From positions 1-52,583 of IMG/VR virus record IMGVR_UViG_3300045110_000292: a DNA stretch of 52,583 nucleotides; one strand, given 5' to 3'. The translations under genes and the position numbers were made by a program. This DNA is from a virus. Lineage: Duplodnaviria; Caudoviricetes. Positions 26,934-35,849 of this stretch are shown here, one piece after another. Below the pieces are notes generated by a model. The model was given only the letters and a program-made list of their open reading frames with translations. It did no database searches and had not been told where the DNA came from. Each line of letters opens with the position of its first letter. Positions within the stretch are counted from its first letter, which is position 1.

Positions 26934-27138
26934 AGAGCATAGGTATTTTGCTTGAGTTGTTGTTTTGTGGTCGGAACAGGAGGTAAATCGTGATGAAGTT
27001 TGAGAGGAATAAAACGCAGAACACGGAACACACTCCGACTCTCCAATCAGGAACTCGACAGGCGGCGAAGATGAACGACGTGATTGCTCCGAGGGTGATG
27101 CAAAAGCAGGTTTTGCGAAGGGTGGACCAGTGCTTCAT
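26845..27138 (-). CDS. Small two-TM membrane protein
   Basis: Two hydrophobic segments; 3' part overlaps the next gene. Confidence 0.45.
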   Translation of the reverse strand: MKHWSTLRKTCFCITLGAITSFIFAACRVPDWRVGVCSVFCVLFLSNFITIYLLFRPQNNNSSKIPMLYETPRYPSNDSVRTSDPTTDSVPNRPASR

Positions 27139-27169
27139 TTCACACTTGTCTCATACCTACGACAGATCG

Positions 27170-29005
27170 TCAAGCAGCATATTTGAGATTTCCGCTGCTA
27201 TGAACCTTGCTGGCCCGTTCCTTCAAATCACGCTTCCACCTGTCGCTGTTGGGTCCGCGTCGATCTTCGCCCAGGCGCATGATCTTGAATCCTTTGTGAA
27301 CGGCGCCGTGACAACCGATGACAACCGCATCAGCCAGGTCGGGGCTGCGCGATGTCTTTACCTTCATCTTTTCCTTCGGCTCTACCTCGATCTTGTTCGC
27401 TCCAACCATCGTCCATTCGCGTTGAACAAACTCGTTCATCACTTCCTCAGTCATGCCTCGAAACTGGCGAGCCTCTACGATGTGCCGCACGGCAAACCAC
27501 AATTCAGTGATCTTCTTCGAGTAATAATCCTTGGCTGCAACTTGAATATCCTCCGACACGTAACGCTCTGACGGCGCTCCGCCGCAATCGATGGAGTTGG
27601 TAGTCGTTGCCCACAGTCGGGCATACGCCTGAACGAGTGATGTCCGCATACCGCTGTCGTAAAAGAAATTCTCTGGTGGGACATTGTGAGCCACGCATTG
27701 TTCCATCGTGAACTTCACGATCTGATCCTCCGGGTCCATGATGCCGCTGATCGGCACGAGCAGCACTTCGGTCAGTGCAATGATTTTCCGTCCGCGATTC
27801 TGGTCCGGAGATTGTGAAATCAAATTCGTGATAACCTTTGTCGGGTCGAGTGGGGCAACCTCATCACCAAACTCAAGGAATACCAGGATGCACCTGTCGC
27901 CTCCCACTCCACGGTAAGCAGCGTCCAGGGCCGCAATTCGAGTGCGATTGGAGTTCGCCCAATTGGGTTCTTCGAGTGCCTGGAACTTGAGGCACATTTG
28001 TCGGGTGAGAACACGGCGCGCGCCTTGCCCACGCGGCATCGCTCCCAAGTTCATCATCGTGTACCACAGTGATTCTTTGCCGTAGAAAGCGATGTCTCGA
28101 TCCATCGCCTCTTGCGTGATGAGCGGGATTCCAAGTTTGCCGTCGAGGTTGGGTGAGTCCGTGCCTGGGAACTGCAGGCAAATTCCTCTTGGGCGTTTCG
28201 TGCGCCAACTCTTTGTCCCTGGCTGCTGGTCGATTCCGCCTTCCCATCCTCCGAGATCGGCGGCCGGTTCGCAGAACACACCGAGAGCGTCAGTTGTGTC
28301 CTTCGGATTGCCCAACCCCACAGCTTTGAAATCCGGGTTCTTGTCCAGATTCGAAATCGCATCGACAAACACGCGCGGCAACAAATGAAGCTCATCACCG
28401 ATCAACCTTACTCGTGCATTTTTGGAACCGGCGAAATCACCAAGACCCTGATAGTTGTCACCTTTCTTGATCGGCACGCCTTGCAGGCCATTCCTGAAAT
28501 CTCGACCTTCAACGGCAGACATCTTCGGATCACGCAACAATCTCTGACGACCTTCGATCAAATATCCCGGCAAAGTCGGAACGCTCTCCTGAGCCGATTT
28601 ATGGAGTCGCTTTATCTCCCCCCACACCCTGTTCTCCAACATCTCTCGTGTCGTTGAGCATACGATGACAGTGGTTTTCTCAGAGAAACAGTACCAGTCG
28701 GCCAGACAACACACCGCGGCATCGAATGTCTTACCGCTCGAGGCAGGGCCAAGGGCGCCGATGGTTCGGTATTCGATGTAAGATTCGATGAACAGGTCGA
28801 TCCATTTGTGAAACTTGATCCACGGCCAGATCGCTTTGATGAGTTCCCGGAAATGAAACACCAAACCGTTGCCACATGTGATTCCGTTTCTGTCCTTCCA
28901 CTGTCCCCCGTGGCGTATCATTTCAATTTCCATCGATGAAGGTCTGATGGTGTTCTGCCAAACAACCTCGTATTTGATAAAGGAGGACTGCGATTTGCGT
29001 AGCAT
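27170..29005 (-). CDS. terL: Terminase large subunit
   Basis: Walker A GPASSGKT, Walker B LIGDE, GLGNP, nuclease-domain ALDAAY..GGD and SRSPDLADA. Confidence 0.9.
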   Translation of the reverse strand: MLRKSQSSFIKYEVVWQNTIRPSSMEIEMIRHGGQWKDRNGITCGNGLVFHFRELIKAIWPWIKFHKWIDLFIESYIEYRTIGALGPASSGKTFDAAVCCLADWYCFSEKTTVIVCSTTREMLENRVWGEIKRLHKSAQESVPTLPGYLIEGRQRLLRDPKMSAVEGRDFRNGLQGVPIKKGDNYQGLGDFAGSKNARVRLIGDELHLLPRVFVDAISNLDKNPDFKAVGLGNPKDTTDALGVFCEPAADLGGWEGGIDQQPGTKSWRTKRPRGICLQFPGTDSPNLDGKLGIPLITQEAMDRDIAFYGKESLWYTMMNLGAMPRGQGARRVLTRQMCLKFQALEEPNWANSNRTRIAALDAAYRGVGGDRCILVFLEFGDEVAPLDPTKVITNLISQSPDQNRGRKIIALTEVLLVPISGIMDPEDQIVKFTMEQCVAHNVPPENFFYDSGMRTSLVQAYARLWATTTNSIDCGGAPSERYVSEDIQVAAKDYYSKKITELWFAVRHIVEARQFRGMTEEVMNEFVQREWTMVGANKIEVEPKEKMKVKTSRSPDLADAVVIGCHGAVHKGFKIMRLGEDRRGPNSDRWKRDLKERASKVHSSGNLKYAA

Positions 29006-29049
29006 TTACGAATTTACTTTACCGCTTTCGAGGCTACCGTAAACGTCAA

Positions 29050-31179
29050 ATGCCGGAGTTCCTCACAGATGGCAGTCTCTCCTTCGCCGGTGGCGTGAAC
29101 AGCATCAAGCCAACGACTGTCGCCAGCCAGTCAAACCCGGACGGTCTTCCGCGGAACGCCTTGGCCTGGATGAACAACGCCTCCGTCCGTGATAGCGGGA
29201 TCTCTCCGCGTGACGCATGGCTGTTCAAAGGCATTTTCCACAACCCGAACGGACTGTTCCAAGGCGGCATTATTTATGAACCGATTGACGGTATCAGTCC
29301 TCCGTACCTGCTCATCGCGATCTCAGGTCACATCTTTCAGGTCTTTCCTGATTCACCCGCAACAGCACTCGATTTGTCCGTCAAATTCAACCTGTTCCAT
29401 CCGGCAACTCTGGACTTCTTCTATTTCGTCCAAGGCGAACAGTTCGTGGTCATTCAGGCGGGAGATTTAATCACGCTGCCGTTGTTTTGGGACGGAGCAT
29501 TACTCAGGAGATCCGTGGGCATAATTGCGATTCCAAATCAGCCGAGTGCATTCACGCTGCTCGACAATGGCTACTTCATTATTCCGTCAGTTGGGAACAC
29601 GTTCACAATGAATCTGGATGCCGTCTATGGCGGAAATGTGGGGGATGTCGGTGATCTCATAATTCCCGGAAGGCCGGGAGGACTGGGTGGAAGTTCTTCG
29701 GGAGGAGTATTTACCCCCACTTCGGGAACTGCGCCTTTCAATGCCGGACAGTTCACAGTGACAGCAAAAACAGCAGTCGCGCCATTCTCCATCACGCTCA
29801 GGGTTAATAAAACCACAATTCCCGGCACGAAACTCATACCAAACACCTACACCTTCAACATCATTAGTACGGCCCCAAATCCATCCGAGATTCCCGCCGC
29901 TGGACCGATGGACTATCACCACGCACGGTTTTGGTACGGACAGGGATTGAAAGTCAACGGAGGCGATATTGTCGGCGGACCTTCGGGGACCGCCGCGTAT
30001 AACAATCGCGACTCAATTCTTAAAGTCACCGAGAACCCATTGGCGATTGGAGGTGATGGGTTTGAAGTTCCAACAAGTTCCGGAAATATCAGGGCCATTA
30101 AACACACTGCACAAATTGATGCGTCTCTCGGTCAGGGCGACCTGCTCATTTCCACGCGAAAGGCAATCTATAAACTGGATGTTCCGATTTCTCGAACCGA
30201 TTGGATTGCCGCGGATTCAACCAATGCTCCCAGGATGACGCCTGTGCAAATCAATAACGGTGTGGTGGGCGACAGGTGCATGGTGAATGTCAGCGGGGAT
30301 ATGTATTACATGTCGCTGACACCGGACATTCAATCCCTGATCTTCGCGACTCGCTTCTTCGGTCAGCCTGGAAATCACGCCATCAGCACGAATGAACAAC
30401 GGGCATTGCAATTCTACGACCGGAACCTATTGCGATTTACGAGCGGAATAGATTTCAGCAACCGACTCCTCATGACGGGCCTTCCGACTCAGACAGCGCA
30501 AGGGGTTGTTCACAAGTTAATCACACCACTCGACTTCGTTCCGCAAAACACGCTTGGTGAGACTGCTCAGCCTGTCTGGAATGGAGTTTATGAGGGCATT
30601 GATTTCATGCAGTTGTTCGTCACGGGGTTCAATGGACTTGAGCGTGGGTTTGCCGTCGTGCGCTTGCAGGACGGATCGTTCTCGATCTGGGAGATCACAG
30701 TCAACGGTCAGTTCGATGTGAACCAGACTGGCGAGGCACGCATACAGTGGTCGATGGAATTCCCCGCGTTCACATGGGAGGAGGAATTCAAGTTGAAGCG
30801 ACTTGAAGCAGGAGAACTCTGGGTTGATCGTATGGTTGGGACCGTGATATTCGAAATGGATTATCGACCAGACGGATACACCTGCTGGATTCCCTGGCAC
30901 AAATGGCAAATGTGTTACGCTCGATCGACGGCAGAAGATTGCGTGAACCCTGTCGATTATCCAAAAATTGATTACGGTCCTGGATTTGAACAACCCATCG
31001 GACTTCCGAAACCTCCTGTGACCTGCATCACGACCAACGCGCGCAAAGGCAGACCTTCGAATCTCGGATTCCAATTTCAATGTCGATTGACGGTCAAAGG
31101 TTACTGTCGTGTCCGTGGTCTTATCCTTTACGCAACGCCAGTCGAACGCGCGTTGTATTCCGCAATGGTCCCTTGCTGA
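29050..31179 (+). CDS. Probable tail tube/nozzle (packaged-DNA stabilization) protein
   Basis: 709 aa, beta-rich, starts FAGGVNS; first gene of the tail module; positional call. Confidence 0.6.
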   Translation: MPEFLTDGSLSFAGGVNSIKPTTVASQSNPDGLPRNALAWMNNASVRDSGISPRDAWLFKGIFHNPNGLFQGGIIYEPIDGISPPYLLIAISGHIFQVFPDSPATALDLSVKFNLFHPATLDFFYFVQGEQFVVIQAGDLITLPLFWDGALLRRSVGIIAIPNQPSAFTLLDNGYFIIPSVGNTFTMNLDAVYGGNVGDVGDLIIPGRPGGLGGSSSGGVFTPTSGTAPFNAGQFTVTAKTAVAPFSITLRVNKTTIPGTKLIPNTYTFNIISTAPNPSEIPAAGPMDYHHARFWYGQGLKVNGGDIVGGPSGTAAYNNRDSILKVTENPLAIGGDGFEVPTSSGNIRAIKHTAQIDASLGQGDLLISTRKAIYKLDVPISRTDWIAADSTNAPRMTPVQINNGVVGDRCMVNVSGDMYYMSLTPDIQSLIFATRFFGQPGNHAISTNEQRALQFYDRNLLRFTSGIDFSNRLLMTGLPTQTAQGVVHKLITPLDFVPQNTLGETAQPVWNGVYEGIDFMQLFVTGFNGLERGFAVVRLQDGSFSIWEITVNGQFDVNQTGEARIQWSMEFPAFTWEEEFKLKRLEAGELWVDRMVGTVIFEMDYRPDGYTCWIPWHKWQMCYARSTAEDCVNPVDYPKIDYGPGFEQPIGLPKPPVTCITTNARKGRPSNLGFQFQCRLTVKGYCRVRGLILYATPVERALYSAMVPC

Positions 31180-31182
31180 TCT

Positions 31183-32640
31183 ATGGCAAACCCACTCACA
31201 CTTCCCTGCTGCATCAAGAGTCGTTGCCCCGGCGATGTGCCGTTGCAGAATCTCAGCGCGGAGTTGTCGGATGGTCCGTCATTCATCGGCATCAACTTCG
31301 GAGGGTTCATTGTTCCTCCTCCTGGCACGACCTATCGCGACCCAACAGCCCCATGCTTCACCGAAGGCGAGAGTCAGTTCGCCGCAGACTCAAGTGCTCA
31401 ACGTTGCGTGGTTATTCACACGAGCGACGATCCTGGTGGCGGAGGCGGTGATTGGCATGATCCAAACGGAAACCCGGTTAATAACTTCGGCAACACCGCG
31501 CAGTCCTGTGCCGCCACATGCGCAGATGGATTGCCTTTCGTGTTCACGGTTCCGGCAAACACATATCGCGCACTCGATCAGATCACGGCGAACAACATCG
31601 CGCACTCGTTTGCCTGCCAATTTGCCGCGCTCAACAAAGTCTGCCTGTCATCGTTGAGCGGCAGTGCGTGCATCGGTCAAGCTTACTTCGACACGATCAT
31701 TCCGTTGGGACGTTCGCCGTTTAGATTCACGATCATATCCGGTGCCTTGCCCCCTGGCCTGACATTTACTTCCGGACCAACCGTTGCAACCGTCCAGGGA
31801 ACTCCGACTGTTGCGGGTCTTTACACGTTCCAGGTCCGAGCAGTTTCCGGCAACGGAAACTTCATGCAGAAAACTTTCAGGATTTCCGTTCTCGACATCA
31901 CGAATAAAACATTGGCCCCGCAAATGTCGGCGGGGGACTTCTACACCTTCCAACTGTTCGGGACAGGAGGCATGACTCCGTACGTGTTCAGTTCCGACGA
32001 TTTGCCGGAGTTTCTTTCGATCTCTGATAGCGGAATCATTTCCGGAATTGCCAATGACGACGGTGCGTTGGATGCCACAGTCACAATCACCGATTCGCTC
32101 GGCAACAGTTGCGACTTCGCATTGAGTTCGCAGGCGCCGTGTCCGTTCTTTGACTCGATGGTTTGGGGCGCTCCATTCATCGTCGATGCCGGTCCACCAC
32201 CGAACAGTTCCAGCCGCGTCGTTACTCCAAACGGGAGATCAATTGAATTCAATCTCGCCGCCAACATGCTCGTCATAGGACAGCCTTTGGTTTACGACAT
32301 AGCAGGAGATTGCACCGATGCCACAACTCAGGAAGTCCACTGCATCGTCACGATCAACGTCAAGAGTCAGATTGGTGGAGGTTATGGCCCCAACCCCGGA
32401 GATCACGGAGGGTGGCACATGGAGGTTCAGGTGTTTGATGACAATGCTCCATTTGCAACGTTCCTCGACGTTCAAAGCGGAGTTGATTTCGGACCCGGCG
32501 CCGGTGTTTACACTTTCCCCATCACAATCACGGCAGGCTCTCGACCGGGAGTGTTTATCGTGTTGAATGTCGGTTATCCTCTTATCGACTTCGGCCCGAT
32601 CAGTGGCGCAATTGACGTTGTGGTAACGTTTGGTTCGTGA
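31183..32640 (+). CDS. Virion protein with putative Ig (He_PIG-like) domains
   Basis: GRSPFRFTIISGALPPGLTF...GTPTVAGLYTFQVRA and GGMTPYVFS..LPEFLSISDSGIISG; Cys-rich N-terminus. Confidence 0.75.
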   Translation: MANPLTLPCCIKSRCPGDVPLQNLSAELSDGPSFIGINFGGFIVPPPGTTYRDPTAPCFTEGESQFAADSSAQRCVVIHTSDDPGGGGGDWHDPNGNPVNNFGNTAQSCAATCADGLPFVFTVPANTYRALDQITANNIAHSFACQFAALNKVCLSSLSGSACIGQAYFDTIIPLGRSPFRFTIISGALPPGLTFTSGPTVATVQGTPTVAGLYTFQVRAVSGNGNFMQKTFRISVLDITNKTLAPQMSAGDFYTFQLFGTGGMTPYVFSSDDLPEFLSISDSGIISGIANDDGALDATVTITDSLGNSCDFALSSQAPCPFFDSMVWGAPFIVDAGPPPNSSSRVVTPNGRSIEFNLAANMLVIGQPLVYDIAGDCTDATTQEVHCIVTINVKSQIGGGYGPNPGDHGGWHMEVQVFDDNAPFATFLDVQSGVDFGPGAGVYTFPITITAGSRPGVFIVLNVGYPLIDFGPISGAIDVVVTFGS

Positions 32641-32652
32641 GAGGGTAACAAT

Positions 32653-33711
32653 ATGCCTCAAAGGTTGCGCCTCTACGATCTCCGACTGGGACGACTCCCA
32701 CAAGCGATTGGACTGTGCGCGGCCGACCTGCCTTCCATCAGAACCGAAGTCAATGCCGCTTGCCAACGTCTGATGCTCTGCAAAGAGATGCAGGACGAAG
32801 GACCGTACGGTTCCTGGGCGGAGATGGCATTTACTGTCGATCGCAGCGACCCTTTCATAACGACTCCGCGGGAGGTTGCGAGGTTCGAACTGGCGACAAT
32901 CTGCAATCGACCCATCGTAATCAATAATCAGTTCTTCGAGTACCTCCAATTCGGGAACGGCAGGCTTCCCAAGTGTCCGCAGTTTAGAACGTCTCCGTGC
33001 ATGTCTCAGATTTACTCACGTAACAACGTCCCCACATTTCGCGACCTGTCTCCTGCTCCGCAACTGATCTACGTTTACATGTCCGACCCATCGGACGACG
33101 GAAAGCGCGTGCTGATTCAGGGGTTGGATAACTTGGGGAACGTGGTTTATTCACAGGACGGGAATTTCAGAGTCACGGGCCAATACGTCTCGCTCCATTT
33201 GCCATTTGTAAGTCCGACGATGCCGTTCAGCCAGATCACCGGGGTTCAAAAGGATCTGACGAACGGTCCGGTTCAAATCTTCCAAGTCGATCCCAAGACC
33301 GGCGCTCAGGTGTTGCTGCTCACGATGGAACCATCAGAGCAAGTTGCTTCGTACCGCCGCTATTACTTCGACAAACTGCCATTCGCCTGCTGCCCGATCC
33401 CAAGTCAGACGTCGTCTCAACCGTTGGTTGTCACCGCGATTTGCAAACTGGAATTCATACCGGTCTTTGCCGATCCCGATTACACCTACATCCAGAATGA
33501 GCAGGCGATTATCGAGGAGTGCCAGTCGGCCCGATATGATGACATCGACACCCAGGCGGCAAAACAAATGTCATCGTTCCATCACAAGAACGCGGTGCAA
33601 TTTCTAAATGGAGAAATCACACATTACCTTGGCCTTGACTTTCCCGCCGTTCAGTTCAAACCGTACGGCTCAGCAAGCCTGAGAAAGCAGCGTATCGGTA
33701 CGCTTGTGTGA
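32653..33711 (+). CDS. Probable head-tail adaptor / tail tubular protein A-like
   Basis: 352 aa between tail and ejection genes; N-terminal helix with VNAACQRL; positional call. Confidence 0.5.
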   Translation: MPQRLRLYDLRLGRLPQAIGLCAADLPSIRTEVNAACQRLMLCKEMQDEGPYGSWAEMAFTVDRSDPFITTPREVARFELATICNRPIVINNQFFEYLQFGNGRLPKCPQFRTSPCMSQIYSRNNVPTFRDLSPAPQLIYVYMSDPSDDGKRVLIQGLDNLGNVVYSQDGNFRVTGQYVSLHLPFVSPTMPFSQITGVQKDLTNGPVQIFQVDPKTGAQVLLLTMEPSEQVASYRRYYFDKLPFACCPIPSQTSSQPLVVTAICKLEFIPVFADPDYTYIQNEQAIIEECQSARYDDIDTQAAKQMSSFHHKNAVQFLNGEITHYLGLDFPAVQFKPYGSASLRKQRIGTLV

Positions 33712-33716
33712 AAACA

Positions 33717-34187
33717 TCACGCAACATGTCTCCACGTCGCCCCTCGGATAATGTCTCCGATGGTGACGGGATTGACTCCAAAACGGAGTGCCAAGTCCTT
33801 GTACCGTATTCCGCCCATCCCATAAAGAACTCTGATCTCTCGAACTTTGATTTCCGAAAGTTTGGAGTGATCGTACTCCTCTCCTTTTGGGCAACGGTGT
33901 CGATTCTTTGCAAGCATGTCGTTGCTGTTTTCCTGGGGTGTACCCAAAAACAGGTGCTTTGGATTGACGCACGAACGATTGTCGCATTTGTGGCAGACAT
34001 ACATTCCTTCTGGTATTTCTCCGTTCGCCATCACCCAAGAGAATCTGTGCGCTCCGCCTGCCTTTTCAGTTCCAAAAAACAACCCGTACCCGTTTGGCGC
34101 AATGCAACCGATCCACAGCCAGCACGATTCCGTTTTAGACACTTTATCCCAAAATCTTTGCTCAACAGTCCTAGCCGTTTTTGGCAC
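33717..34187 (-). CDS. HNH endonuclease in inverted orientation
   Basis: RFWDKV..CWLWIG..GYG..AHRFSW..VCHKCDNRSCVNPKHLFLGT; probable GTG at 34187. Confidence 0.9.
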   Translation of the reverse strand: MPKTARTVEQRFWDKVSKTESCWLWIGCIAPNGYGLFFGTEKAGGAHRFSWVMANGEIPEGMYVCHKCDNRSCVNPKHLFLGTPQENSNDMLAKNRHRCPKGEEYDHSKLSEIKVREIRVLYGMGGIRYKDLALRFGVNPVTIGDIIRGATWRHVA

Positions 34188-34228
34188 AATGAAAAGATAG
34201 GAACTCGGTTTGATTTTGTAAATTAAAT

Positions 34229-35056
34229 ATGCCTGCATTTGGCGGAGCACCAACTTACGGAGGCGGTTCGCTTCCGGGATACACGATGGATTGGTCGAGT
34301 GCCTATGGTGGCAGACCCCGTGTTCCGAACCCCGTCACCACGGCCGGAGCAGCCTTGCGCGGCGATGCTGGCACTCTTGGCTACGTCAACCGCATCGCTG
34401 GCGGTATCGACACAGGTGGTATCAACACTCTCGCCACAGCAACTCAAGGCGCAGTTCCAGGATTGACGGCTCGGCTTCACGGCGAACTTCCGTCGGATGT
34501 CATCAACCAGATCATGCAGCAGGCCGCCGAACGCGGCATTGCTACAGGCACGGGCTTTCGCGGAGCAGACTATCTCAAGGCCCTGGGGTTGACATCTCTC
34601 GGAGTCTCGACACAGGCAGCAGGAGAACTCGAATCTCAGATCGGACGCGCTCCGTTGATTGACCCGAATCGACTGATCGTCACTCCTGAGCAGCAGCAGG
34701 AGGCGCAGACGGCGGCAAACATTTATCAGTCGGCTCCGATACCGTCCGCCGCGGCAGGTGCGGCCATTGGAAACGCGCAGATGGGACTCAGGCAAGGCAT
34801 GGGTGCAGTGCCAACGTTTTCCGGTGGTGGTGCATACGGTATGCGTGATGCTCTCGGTTTCCCGATCACGCCGGATGCTGGAAGTTTTCAGGACGTTCCT
34901 CAGACTGCCGCGTATGGCGCACTCAACCCAACGGCGCCGACCTCGCCATCAACATTCAATTGGGCTGACTACGCACGGTCGATCACGCCAAACAATTTCG
35001 GTCCATCGTATTCACCGGACGAATCGTATCTGTCCGATATTTACGCGAACGAATGA
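34229..35056 (+). CDS. Probable internal virion/ejection protein
   Basis: Gly/Ala/Gln-rich 275 aa; first of three consecutive genes. Confidence 0.6.
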   Translation: MPAFGGAPTYGGGSLPGYTMDWSSAYGGRPRVPNPVTTAGAALRGDAGTLGYVNRIAGGIDTGGINTLATATQGAVPGLTARLHGELPSDVINQIMQQAAERGIATGTGFRGADYLKALGLTSLGVSTQAAGELESQIGRAPLIDPNRLIVTPEQQQEAQTAANIYQSAPIPSAAAGAAIGNAQMGLRQGMGAVPTFSGGGAYGMRDALGFPITPDAGSFQDVPQTAAYGALNPTAPTSPSTFNWADYARSITPNNFGPSYSPDESYLSDIYANE

Positions 35057-35060
35057 TTAA

Positions 35061-35849
35061 ATGGCTGTTGGATACCCAATTCCAGAATGGTTGCAACCCC
35101 GTGGTAATCCCGGCGCCGAATACGTTGCTGCTTATCGTGCAGGTGCGGAAATCGCACAGGAACAGCAGCGTCTCGGAGTCGAGCGTGAGCGATCAGCGAT
35201 GGCGTCGGCGGAGCGTGCTCAGATTGCGCAGCAGGAATCGTTGGAGCGACAGCAGCGTATCGAAATCGACAAGCAATATACGCAACAGCAAATTGGACTC
35301 CGCAAGCAGGCTCTTGACCAAGCGCAACAGAAGGTGGACTTGGCGGCTCAAAGCGCGGCTCGTAAATTCGCTGGTCAACAAAAGATTCGTCAAGCGATTG
35401 ATTCAGGCATGTCTCCCGATGAAGCGTACTTGAGATTTGGCGGAGAAGCGTTTGGCTCAATGGCTGGAGTTGGAGCGTTGTCGAAAGAATATCATCAGCG
35501 TGTAAACCCTACACCGCCGAAGGACATTGTTCCCAAGATATTCACCGACCCATCAGGCAGGCAGATTGTTTACAATCCTGCCACTGGCGCGGCGGTTAAG
35601 GGGCAGGCAGAGGATAAAGGACCAACGGTTTCTGTACCACTTACCGACAACCCATTCGGCCCGAAGATCAGTGGTCGATTGAGCGATCCCAACATTCGCA
35701 AAGCACTGGGAACCAATGCCCCCGCCATCTCAGGAGCGCAAGGGCAGGCGAAGCGCGTCAAAGTCAAAAGCCCTGATGGCAAGATTGGCACATTACCTGC
35801 CGATCAGGTTGACGAAGCGATTAAAGCGGGATACAGCCTTGTTAAGTAA
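35061..35849 (+). CDS. Probable internal virion/ejection protein
   Basis: Gln-rich coiled coil; C-terminal VKVKSPDGKIGTLPADQVDEAIKAGY. Confidence 0.6.
   Translation: MAVGYPIPEWLQPRGNPGAEYVAAYRAGAEIAQEQQRLGVERERSAMASAERAQIAQQESLERQQRIEIDKQYTQQQIGLRKQALDQAQQKVDLAAQSAARKFAGQQKIRQAIDSGMSPDEAYLRFGGEAFGSMAGVGALSKEYHQRVNPTPPKDIVPKIFTDPSGRQIVYNPATGAAVKGQAEDKGPTVSVPLTDNPFGPKISGRLSDPNIRKALGTNAPAISGAQGQAKRVKVKSPDGKIGTLPADQVDEAIKAGYSLVK

Noticed and set aside
33711-34229. Group I intron or intein around the HNH genes
   Set aside because: Flanking genes have their own starts and stops and there is no room for an intron core
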